DNA of 19,585 nucleotides, taken from positions 1 through 19,585 of the forward strand of contig NZ_JAEDAM010000014.1 of the NCBI RefSeq assembly GCF_018420025.1, read 5' to 3'. Below, in pieces: positions 1 through 9,199 of the stretch. A program made the position numbers and the translations under genes. The notes below the pieces were generated by a model. The model worked only from the letters and a program-made list of their open reading frames with translations. It ran no database searches and was not told the DNA's origin. Numbering within the stretch: the stretch's first letter is position 1; each line of letters starts with the position of its first letter. Origin of the DNA: Candidatus Vampirococcus lugosii. GTDB taxonomy: Bacteria; Patescibacteriota; Gracilibacteria; Absconditabacterales; Absconditicoccaceae.

Positions 1-1
1 A

Positions 2-1132
2 ATGAATTTTGAACATGTAGAAATAGATTGATCTTGAACTATTGATGTTAATTGAGATTGAAATATTAATGCTGATAATGAAGTTAAGGTTTGAACTAAT
101 GTAACAATTAATGAATCTTGAACTATTGATGTTCAATGAGTTTGAAATATTAATGCTGATAATAATATAACTGCAGGTAGTCAAGTTAATGTTTGAGGTG
201 ATGCTGTTAGATTAGATAGTAGTTGAAATATAAGAGCTTTTAATAATATAATAGCTAATAATTGAAATATAATAGCTAATAATTGAGATGTAAAAGCTAG
301 TAATGAAGTTAAGGTTTGAGGTGGTGCTGTTACATTAGATAAAGATTGAAATATTAATGCTGGTAATGAAATTAAAGTTTGAAGCAATATTACACTTAAA
401 AGTAGTTGAAAGATTAGTGGTATTGGGTTGGAGTGACATATCATAACAGATGATATAAATATTGATTCAGATAGTATAGCTGGATCAGCTCTGGCAGTAG
501 CAAAAGTTCAAGAAAATACTATGGCTCTTAGTGGGAATATGGATATAATCCATAATGATTTAGATAGTATTGTAACTCGGACTAATAGTCTTGAAATTGA
601 TTGTCCAACTACCAAAAATTGAAGTGGTTTTGTTACAGATGTTGGTTTATGTACAGTTAATAATACTGTAACATGAGTACCAGCACCTATAAGTACTTTA
701 CCATATATTACAACTTGAACAACAGCACCAACATGAGGTTCTTTTACTTGTTGAAGTGATTCAAGAAATTATGATTGGGATGATAATTGAACTTCTTTTG
801 GAGGCGATCTATGTGATGCATGAAATCCAACAAACACTTCTCCTTCATTTCCACTAGTAATGAATGGTACAACTTCAACACGGGAATGTAAAAACACTAT
901 ATGACAAAGCACAACATGTACTGCTTCAAAAACAAGTGCTGGTTTTAATCCTACTAAAGAAAATGACTGTACTATTTGAATTGATAATGGTTATCTAAAT
1001 AATACTCAAAAAGGAGCTTGTAAAATTTCTTGTGATATGGCTTCTAATCCTAATAATGATCCTATTGTATGTAGTATAACTCCAAGTGTATGTAAAGGTC
1101 CACGAGGCAAAGCATGTAGTGATTTTAATTAA
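2..1132 (+). CDS. 5'-partial large surface protein. It has beta-helix-like G/N/V-rich repeats, then a short heptad-like neck, then a Cys-rich C-terminal domain. Putative adhesin or fibre.
   Basis: Under table 25 the frame starting at nt 2 is open from the window edge to TAA at 1130-1132, checked codon by codon. The translation shows repeats such as SGTIDVNGDGNINADNEVKVGTNVTINE and SGTIDVQGVGNINADNNITAG. The last ~175 aa contain 12 Cys. The ATG at 2 is probably internal. Confidence 0.75.
32..166 (+). repeat. Imperfect 84-bp tandem repeat inside the fibre gene. It encodes the 28-aa beta-helix unit.
   Basis: tcttgaactattgatgtt[a/c]aatgag[a/t]ttgaaatattaatgctgataat occurs at 32 and again at 116. 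A shorter 21-bp duplication (atagctaataattga) follows at about 251-290. Confidence 0.7.
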
Positions 1133-1153
1133 TTTTATTAAATAAATTGAAAT

Positions 1154-1705
1154 ATGAAATTTTTATTATTTTTTATTATTTTTTTGTTTAATCATATTTT
1201 TGTATTTTCAAATACATATAATCAAATAATAGATATAGAATCCGAATATAGAGAAATAGAAACAGAATTAGAGCAAAATCAAATAAATGAAATTGAAGAT
1301 ATTGCTAATAAATTTAAAATTATTTTAAAAGGTATGACTGATATAGATTTATTAATGAATGAATTTGATCATATGAATTGAATATATAATGAATTAAAAA
1401 ATAATAAAAACGAAAAATATAAAGATAAATTATATAAAACAGCAGTTTTAAAAAAAATTCAAATAATTTATCTTGAAAGAATAAATGAATTATTGGATAT
1501 TGATGATCAAAATATTACAAATCAAAATAATTATACAAATAATATAAACCAAGAAAGTCAAGAAAATATAAATCAAAATAATCAAGAAAAAAATATGGAT
1601 TGAAATTATATATATTTTACAACTTTTCAATTAGTTTTGATAGTAGCTATAATTTTGTTATCTATGTTTTGATTTTTTGTATTTATGTTTTATTATTTTA
1701 GATAA
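1154..1705 (+). CDS. Hypothetical bitopic protein of 183 aa, with an N-terminal signal peptide, an acidic/Asn-rich coiled-coil-like ectodomain, and a C-terminal TM anchor.
   Basis: ATG 1154 is the first start after an in-frame TAA at 1139-1141, and the frame is open to TAA at 1703-1705 when 3 TGA codons are read as Gly. The N-terminus is MKFLLFFIIFLFNHIFVFS and the C-terminus is FQLVLIVAIILLSMFGFFVFMFYYFR. The track ORF 1154..1381 is its first fragment. Confidence 0.7.
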
Positions 1706-1744
1706 TAAAATATTTAAATTTTATATATTATAATTAATTAAAAA

Positions 1745-2911
1745 ATGGTATTTGAAAATTTTGATAAAAGAGAAACACAAAGAGGAATAGATGAGCAAGA
1801 TCAATGAGTAGAACAAAAGTTATCTAATGAAGAGATTGAATCTTTTGGGAAAAAAAGACAAGAAGAACAAGAAGAAATAAGAGAACAAGAACAAAGTTAT
1901 ACTAGAAATAAAAATCCAGAGTATCAAGAACAAATACAACAATGAGCATCTGATGCATATTGAGTTCCTAGATCTGATCCTGATATACAAAATTTAACTC
2001 TTGATAATTGAGAAAGTTCATGAGATATAGAATTAAGTGATTTTGATAATATAAATAATTGAGAAAATATAGAATTATCTGAAAAAGATCCATCTAGAGT
2101 AAATTTTGATAGACAAGATATATTGGAAAATCTTGATTCTAGTAAAAGAGATGAAATTAATAGTAAAATCTCAGAAATTGCTTGAGAATTTATGCAAAAT
2201 ACTAAAGATCCTATTGATAATATATGAGATTTATTCAAAATTTTATGAGATACAGTAAATAAATTACTTACAGAACTTGGAATTAATTTTGATACTTCTT
2301 GAAATAGATGAGATCCTAATGCTGTTTCAAATTTTTCTTATTGATGAGGTTTTTGAAAATTTGATTTTGGAGATTTGCCACCATGAGCTTGAATAAATTG
2401 AAAAGATTTTATTTTGGATAATGAAAAATTATTGGAACAATTTTGATTAGATTTGTCTTCTATATGAGTTGATCAGTATAGACATAGTTGAACATCACCT
2501 TTATGTGCTAGGACAACTAGATTAACTTTTGAAAAAAATTGAATTAATGTTCCAAATTGACATGCAAGAGATTTATTTGCACAATTTAAATCTAGTTCTT
2601 GAGAAATTAGATGAGCTGATGTATGACCTTATTTATTAAATCAAGTTTCTTCTTGAAATAATTTTTTTGATTTAACAATGTGTAATTATGCAAATAATCG
2701 GGATCCTAAATGAACTTCATGATATCATAGAGTTCCTGCTATTTTATGAAATGATTGAGTTTTGTATGTAAGTGATCCATATTATTGACCTCAACCTGCC
2801 CCTGATTGATGGAATAATAAAAGTGCTAATCGATATCCTTTGGCAAATCATCCACATATACAAAAACCTAATGCTATTTTTGCAGTAGGTCCTTCTCATA
2901 GCAAAAAATAA
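1745..2911 (+). CDS. Hypothetical 388-aa protein. It has an acidic low-complexity N-terminal half and a C-terminal region with a possible papain-fold (CHAP/NlpC-P60/transglutaminase-like) Cys-His-Asp arrangement.
   Basis: Open from ATG 1745 to TAA 2909-2911 under table 25, checked line by line. It contains many TGA=Gly codons, for example YGGGFGKFDFGDLPPGAGING. Candidate catalytic motifs are SPLCARTTRL (Cys codon 2504-2506), NGHARDLF, GYHRVPAIL (His codon 2726-2728) and YVSDPYY. No N-terminal signal peptide is visible. Confidence 0.7.
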
Positions 2912-2942
2912 TTATTTTTTATAATACATTATGATTTTTATT

Positions 2943-2979
2943 CTTAATAATATTTAAAAAATATTGTTAAGTTTTTTTT
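2943..2979 (+). terminator. Rho-independent terminator candidate after the three-gene surface module.
   Basis: A 13-bp stem pairs 2943-2955 with 2959-2971 (one G-U pair, 3-nt loop). It is followed by 8 consecutive T at 2972-2979. Confidence 0.55.
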
Positions 2980-3080
2980 ATAATACAAAAAGTAAAACTA
3001 AATTTTATTGTAAAAAGATAATAAATCATTATAATATATACTATATTAATAATATTTAATTATATATAAACAATATTTTT

Positions 3081-5474
3081 ATGTCAGAAAAAAATAAAGC
3101 AAAAATACTTCCTCAAACTATAGAGGAAGAAATAACACAAAGTTATATTGATTACAGTATGTCCGTGATAGTAAGTAGAGCTTTGCCAGATGTAAGAGAT
3201 TGACTTAAACCAGTACTTAGAAGAATTTTGTATGCCATGTATGATCTTAAACTTTTTCATAATGCAAGTTTCAAAAAATCTGCTGCTGTAGTTTGAGAAG
3301 TTTTATGAAAATATCATCCACACTGAGATAGTTCTGTATATGAAGCTATGGTAAGAATGACTCAAGATTTTTCATTAAGATATCCACTTGTAGAATGACA
3401 AGGTAATTTTTGAAGTATTGATTGAGATTGAGCTGCTGCTATGAGATATACTGAAGCAAGACTTACCAAAATTGCTAGTGAAATGTTGCAAGATTTGGAA
3501 ATGGAAACAGTAGATTGGAGAGATAATTATGATAATTCTAGACAAGAACCTATTGTTCTTCCAAGTAAGTTTCCAAATCATCTTTGTAATTGAACTATGT
3601 GAATAGCAGTATGAATGGCGACAAATATGGCTCCCCATAACTTAAATGAAGTAATAGATTCTAGTTTATTATTAATACAAAATCCTGATACAAGTATAGA
3701 TGAAATAATGAAAATAATTAAATGACCTGATTTTCCTACTTGATGATATATTTATGATTCTGAAAGTATAAAAGAAGTTTACAAAAAATGAAAATGATGA
3801 ATTAAATGTCGTGGTAAAGCTGAAATTACTGAAATTGATTGAAAAAAATCAATATTAATTTCCCAACTACCCTATCAAGTAAATAAAGCAAATTTAGTTT
3901 CCAAAATATGAGAATTAGTAAATCAAAAAAAAATAGAATGAATAACAGATATTACTGATGAATCTGGTAAAGAAAAAATTAAAATTGTAATTACAATTAA
4001 AAAATGATCAAATCCAAATGATGTTCTTACATTGATATATAAATATACTGACTTACAAACTAATTTTAATTTAAATAATGTAATATTAATAGAAAAATGA
4101 ATACAACCACACACTCTTAATATAAAAGAACTTTTGGAAGAATTTGTATCTTTTAGAAGAGAAGTTGTTTATAGAAGATCTATATTTTTATTAAATAAAG
4201 CAAAAGATAGATTACATATACTTTTATGATTACAAAAAGCTATTGATATATTGGATGAAGTAATAGCTACTATTAGATGATCTCAAACAAGACAAGATGC
4301 CAAAAATGAACTTATGAAAAAATATGAGTTTACAGATTCTCAAGCTGAATATATTTTGATGCTTAGATTACAAACTTTGGTATGATTAGAAATTGAAAAA
4401 ATATTAAATGAAATAGATGACAAAAGAAGTTTGATTGAATATTTGGAAAATATAATAAATAATCCTAAAAAATTAGATGAAGTAGTAAGTGAAGAATTAG
4501 TATATGTTAAAAATGAATATTGAGATAAAAGAAGAACAATATTGAGTGAATCTTTGGAAGTATATCAATTGGAAGATTCTGTAAAAAATTTGAAAAGACT
4601 AGAAGAATTACAAAAAGAAGATATTATTTTATGGATGTGAGATGATTTTGAAACAAAAATTCTTTATCAAAAAAGATTAAATATAATACCAGAAAATACT
4701 ATATCAATAAAATATATTCATAATCAATACAAAATTTTTGCTATAACTGATAAATGAGAATTAATAATTAGAAGAATAAAAGATATGTGAGTTTATAATA
4801 TAAAAAATCCTTGAATAAATTTCAAAAAACAATTTAAACTTAAATGAGAAATTGTTTTTGTTGATATTATAGATGAAGATTTTGATCATATTGTAATGCT
4901 TACAAATAAAAATAATATAAAAAAAGTATCCAAAAAAGTAGTTGATAAACTTAAAAAAACACCTACCAAAATTATGCATCTTGCAGATAATGAAAATATA
5001 TGTAAAGTTTGTAAAACTTCAGAAAAAGATAATATACTAATATTGAGTGATTCTTGAATAATATTAATGTTTAATGAATCAAATATTAGAGCAAGTGGAA
5101 AAGTTTCTTGATGAGTAAAAGCTATGAGTTTGGAAGAAAATGAAAAAGTAGCAGATATGTTTTTGAATTCATGAGAACCATTTATGTTTTTGTATAGTCA
5201 AAATGCTGGTAAATTAATAAGTTTGGAAGATATGAAAATTCAAAAAAGATGACAAAGATGACTAATAGGAACTAAATTAAGTAAATGAGAAAAATTATTG
5301 GGTTGAATAAGTATAGATGAATGAGCAGTTACATTAAAATTAAAAACTTGAAAATTAGTAGAAATACATTCAAACAATATAAAACTTAAAGAAAGAGATA
5401 AAAAAATGTCTAAAATATCAGAAAAAGAAATTATATCAATATTTAGACCTTGGAAAGAAAATAATGAACAATAA
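3081..5474 (+). CDS. gyrA: DNA gyrase subunit A, 797 aa.
   Basis: The whole ORF was translated by hand under table 25 and contains no TAA or TAG. Diagnostic motifs are [37 protein letters not shown], the active-site [33 protein letters not shown] and PDFPTGG. By hand count about 40 in-frame TGA codons are present. Confidence 0.97.
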
Positions 5475-5510
5475 ACTTTTGTTATTTTATTACTTGTAGT
5501 AAAATAATTT

Positions 5511-5544
5511 ATATTATTTTAAATAATTAGCAATTATGCAAATA
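5511..5544. repeat. Left copy of a perfect 34-bp direct repeat (atattattttaaataattagcaattatgcaaata).
   Basis: It is identical to 5910-5943. It contains the ATG (5536) and first three codons of the small membrane ORF. Confidence 0.95.
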
Positions 5545-5868
5545 AAATATTTGAAATTAAAGCCAAAATGGTTTCAATATACTATTTTTGGTGCATTAAG
5601 TTATTTAGGTTTAACAATATTTATCTATCTTCTCGCATTTATTACAAGCCCCATAGGTTTAAGAAATTTCTTTGAACAGATCATTAAGATAATTATTTTT
5701 CCTGTGGCTTATTTAAGCTTTAAAATAGTATATAATTTTATAAAAAATCCTATGGATTATGGAATACCTTTGGTCTTCCTAACATTGTTTTTTATTTTAA
5801 TTATTGGTGCTTTGATTGGCTATCTAATTTATTTTATTAAAACTAGTTATAAAAATTTAAGATCATAA
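5536..5868 (+). CDS. Small hydrophobic protein of 110 aa, with about 3 predicted TM helices and a basic C-terminal tail.
   Basis: This is the only ORF-track entry that is a complete gene. A 110-codon frame free of stops is very unlikely by chance at this AT content. The sequence reads MQIKYLKLKPKWFQYTIFGALSYLGLTIFIYLLAF...LVFLTLFFILIIGALIGYLIYFIKTSYKNLRS. All 6 Gly codons are GGN and none is TGA. Confidence 0.6.
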   Translation: MQIKYLKLKPKWFQYTIFGALSYLGLTIFIYLLAFITSPIGLRNFFEQIIKIIIFPVAYLSFKIVYNFIKNPMDYGIPLVFLTLFFILIIGALIGYLIYFIKTSYKNLRS

Positions 5869-5909
5869 ATCATTTCTTAAATTGCCTCCAACGACTTCGT
5901 TAAATTCAG

Positions 5910-5943
5910 ATATTATTTTAAATAATTAGCAATTATGCAAATA
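5910..5943. repeat. Right copy of the perfect 34-bp direct repeat, ending 1 nt before the miaA start.
   Basis: It is identical to 5511-5544. Weaker similarity continues just past both copies (atatttgaaa versus atattgaaaa). Confidence 0.95.
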
Positions 5944-5944
5944 T

Positions 5945-6907
5945 ATGATATTGAAAAATATATTAAATGATGTTGAACAAAAAATTAAAAATTTTATAGA
6001 AAAAGATCCAAATTGAGTAATTATTATTACATGACCTACTGCAAGCAATAAAACTTCTTTATCTTTGCAATTAGCAGAAAAAATTGGAAATGTTGAAATT
6101 ATATCAGCAGATAGTAGACAAGTTTACAAATATATGGATATATGAACGGATAAAGTTTCTACAAAATATAGAGAAGAAATTAAACATCATCTTATTGACA
6201 ATGTATTGCCAGACAAAAACTATACTGTTTGAAATTGGAAAAAATCAACAAATAAAATAATTGATTTGATACAAAAAAGATGAAATATTCCTTTTATTGT
6301 TTGAGGAACTTGATTATATATAAGTAGTATTTATAAAAATTTTGATATTCCAGAAGTAAAAGCGGATTTTAAACTTAGAGAATATTTACAATCTCAAGAA
6401 GATAAACAAAAATGATTTTTACATAATAAACTTATTCAAATAGATCCAAAAGAAGCAGAAAAAATTCATCCAAATAGTAACAGACATTTGATAAGAGCTA
6501 TAGAAATATATGAAAAACTTGGCATTCCAAAATCTGAAGTTTCAAAAGAAAAAGATGTAAATAATCCTATATTAATGATAATATTATGGCCTGATGTTAC
6601 TGTTTCAAATAGATTAATAAAAGAAAGAACAAATAAAATGTTTCAAAAATGATTATTACAAGAAACACAAAAACTTTTGGATATGTGATATACTTTAGAT
6701 TTGCAAAGTATGAATTGAATATGATATAAAGAAACTGTTAAATATTTAAATAATGAAATAGATTTTGAAAATGCAGTTCAATTAACTTATCAATCTACAG
6801 TTAAATTTGCAAAAAGACAAAGAACATGGTTTAGATCATATATCAATGATGCTAAACAAAATCCCAAAAAAAATGTTGAATATTTAGTTTATAATATTGA
6901 TTTATAA
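5945..6907 (+). CDS. miaA: tRNA dimethylallyltransferase, 320 aa.
   Basis: Checked codon by codon under table 25. Motifs seen are [48 protein letters not shown] and AKRQRTWFR. The stop is TAA at 6905-6907. Confidence 0.93.
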
Positions 6908-7040
6908 GTTAATTTTATTCTAATTTAGAAAATTAATTTTAATAACTATTAACAGTAAAAATTATATATTTTTATAAACTTATATTTTATAAGTTTTATG
7001 TTTAAGAAGTAGTAAACAAGTATCAATATAAAATAAATAA

Positions 7041-7076
7041 AAAAACATACAAATTAAAATTTTTTGTATGTTTTTT
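7041..7076. terminator. Candidate bidirectional terminator between convergent miaA and rplA.
   Basis: A 13-bp stem pairs aaaaacatacaaa (7041-7053) with tttgtatgttttt (7063-7075). It is flanked by an A-run on one side and a T-run on the other. Only 2 G-C pairs are present, so the hairpin is weak. Confidence 0.45.
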
Positions 7077-7104
7077 AAAAATTCAATAAAATATAATAAT
7101 AATT

Positions 7105-7788
7105 TTATACTGATACTTGAACTCAAGCACCCATAGTAGGACTTACAACTATTTTTTTTATTAATTTTCATTTAACTCAAGAAGGTCTTGAATCTTCAAT
7201 AGCTTTAAGTAAAGAATTCAAATTATTTACCAGTTTATCAGAATCAAAAGATGTTTTTCATAAAATTGTATGAATATTTCATGTTTTATCAAGTTTAAAT
7301 TCAACCCTTCATTTTTTTATTTCAGAAACTGTATATGATATATCATTAGTAACAGTTCCAGCCTTGGGAGATGGCATTAAACCTCTAGGTCAAAGAATTT
7401 TAGCAACTTTTGATAAATCTCTCATCATATCCAAACTTGTAATCAAAGAATCAAAATTAAATTCTCATTTTTGAATTTCTTTTATCAATTCTTCATTACC
7501 AGCAATATCAGCACCAGCTTTTTTTGCTTCCTCAATTTTATCATCGGAAACAAAAGCAGCAACTTTTACTTCTTTACCAGTACCTTCAGGCAAAACTACA
7601 GTACCCCTTATCATTTGATCATTATATTTTGGATTAGCATTAGTTTTAATACTAACTTCTACAGTTCATTCAAATTTAGTATAAGAAACTTTTTTTACTA
7701 TTTCAAAAGCTTCTTTTGATTCATATATTTTAGTAAGATCAATATCTTTAACTAAATCAGTATATTTTTTTCCAAATTTTTTAGCCAT
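7105..7788 (-). CDS. rplA: 50S ribosomal protein L1, 227 aa.
   Basis: The reverse-strand frame was checked line by line. The translation reads [18 protein letters not shown]...[19 protein letters not shown]...[16 protein letters not shown]...[15 protein letters not shown]. The stop is TAA (tta at 7105-7107). Confidence 0.96.
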
Positions 7789-7817
7789 TTTTCATAAATA
7801 TAATTATTAATATAAAA

Positions 7818-7844
7818 GTGGTAATATCGGGACTTCCCTTCCAC
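7818..7844 (-). promoter_or_regulatory. GC-rich nested hairpin in the rplK-rplA spacer. Candidate L1-binding autoregulatory leader.
   Basis: The mRNA sense reads GUGG-AA-GGGA-AG-UCCC-GAUAUUA-CCAC. An outer GUGG/CCAC stem encloses a GGGA/UCCC hairpin. It is the only GC-rich island in an otherwise A/T-only 67-nt spacer. Confidence 0.35.
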
Positions 7845-7855
7845 GAGCAAAAAAT

Positions 7856-8299
7856 TTATTTTACTACTTCTATTCACATATTTTTAGCAGTTCATTCTAT
7901 AGTTTTAACAATAGAATTTATATTTGCAGTATTCATAACAACTTTTTTTATTTCAGCTATTTCTTCCAAATCCTTCATAGTTATTTTACCAACTTTTTTC
8001 TTATTAGATTCAGAAGATCATGATTTAACTCATGCTTTCCATAAAATTAAATTGGAAGTCAAAGGTGGAAGTATTTCCATTTGATAACTTCTATCAACAA
8101 AAATTGTAACAGTAACTGGGATCATCATACTTATTCAACCATATTGTTGCAATAAACTAGAAGTTTTATCATTAAATTCTTTAACAAATTGTCAAATATT
8201 TACACCATGCTGACCTAAAATCGGACCTATTGGAGGTGCCGGAGTTGCTTTTCAGGCTGGCATGTGCAGATTAAATCTTTTTTGCACTTTTGCGGCCAT
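7856..8299 (-). CDS. rplK: 50S ribosomal protein L11, 147 aa.
   Basis: The translation reads [46 protein letters not shown]...ITMKDLEEIAEIK. The frame was verified line by line, with TAA stop (tta at 7856-7858). Confidence 0.96.
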
Positions 8300-8323
8300 G
8301 TTTATGTATATTTATTATATAAA

Positions 8324-9148
8324 TTAATATACTGCAAATATTTCTTGTAAACTATCATTATATTTTATATAAACAGATAATTTTGAAAAATCATTATAAT
8401 CATAATTTTCAATATAAAAATAGTTTTGCAGTAGTTCTTCATTAATAATGTTTTTATCAAGATTTTCAAGAGAAAATTGATAAAATCATAATTCATTATT
8501 TCAATAAAATTTTACTTTTTCTTCAAAATCGTTTATTGATAAAATTCTAGATGCTCATATAAGAATTTCTTCAACACTAACAATTCAATTTGGATAAAAA
8601 TTATCTCAATCTCATTTAAGTACTCACATAGAACAAACATACATTATATCATCAAAATGCTTTTGCAAAATTTCATCTTTATCATCAAAATCACAAACAG
8701 GATCAATAATATCATTTGGAATATCTCATATTTCTTCTGAATAATAAGATGCATATAATGATGCTAATTCTTGTCTTGTTATAGATATTATCTTAGAATC
8801 AAAAAAATATTTATGTCCAACAAAATTACTTAAAAAAATGTAATCATTATCACATTCATTACATTTATTTAGATTTTGATCTATAATTTCTTTTTCTTCT
8901 TCAACATCTACACTATTTTCATTTTTTTCTTCATCATTACCAATATTTTTTTCTTCATCAATAACTACATTATTTTCTTCTTCATTATTTATTTTATTTC
9001 AAGTTTCATTTTGATTAATATTATTTTTATTTATATATCTTTCTTTTTCTTTATCAAAAAAATCAAAAGAAAAAAATAATAAATAAACAATAACTAATCA
9101 CACAACAAAAAAAGATAAAATCAATAATAATATTTTTTTTTCAGACAT
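8324..9148 (-). CDS. Hypothetical 274-aa protein with an N-terminal TM anchor, an acidic Glu/Asn linker, and SLH-like repeats.
   Basis: Open from ATG (cat at 9146-9148) to TAA (tta at 8324-8326), with every triplet checked. The N-terminus is MSEKKILLLILSFFVVGLVIVYLLFF. SLH-like motifs are KIISITRQELASLYASYY and MGVLKGDGDNFYPNGIVSVEEILIGASRIL. It lies 51 nt after nusG and 24 nt before rplK. Confidence 0.75.
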
Positions 9149-9199
9149 ATTAAATAGTATCAATTAATACATAAATCACTAAATTACCAATTTACAATA

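Noticed and set aside
32-300. Tandem nucleotide repeats here, and at 16440-16540, as a possible CRISPR array or satellite.
   Set aside because: The repeats are in-frame coding repeats of surface proteins, imperfect, and without unique spacers of constant length. There are no cas genes.
181-444. 87-aa minus-strand ORF from the supplied track.
   Set aside because: It is antisense to the repeat region of the fibre gene. The periodic sense-strand repeats simply leave the antisense frame free of stops, and its sequence is low-complexity L/I/S/Q.
2-1705. A CdiA-CT/CdiI-like polymorphic toxin plus immunity pair, meaning a repeat protein with a variable C-terminus followed by a small ORF.
   Set aside because: The C-terminal domain is Cys-rich and extracellular-looking, not a nuclease or pore toxin. 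No VENN-type junction is present. The downstream ORF has a signal peptide and a TM anchor, whereas immunity proteins are small and cytosolic.
5545-5909. A GC-content anomaly supporting foreign origin of the small-ORF cassette.
   Set aside because: Hand counts of 60-nt lines give roughly 12-32 percent GC, averaging near 24 percent. That is not clearly different from gyrA lines at about 22 percent. Only the absence of TGA is distinctive.
5511-5943. The 34-bp direct repeats as target-site duplication of an IS element or MITE.
   Set aside because: I saw no transposase, no terminal inverted repeats inside the repeats, and 34 bp is far longer than usual target-site duplications. It is reported as an unexplained duplication or cassette.
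6976-6996. The hairpin aaacttata-ttt-tataagttt as the miaA terminator.
   Set aside because: The stem has a single G-C pair among 9, is otherwise A-T, has a 3-nt loop and lacks a clear trailing T-run, so it is too weak to call. The hairpin at 7041-7076 is the better candidate.
7471-9079. Plus-strand track ORFs 7471..7719, 7818..8084 and 8876..9079.
   Set aside because: They are antisense to rplA, rplK and the SLH-like gene respectively, all of which have strong protein-level support. The products are F/I/N-rich nonsense typical of AT-rich antisense frames.
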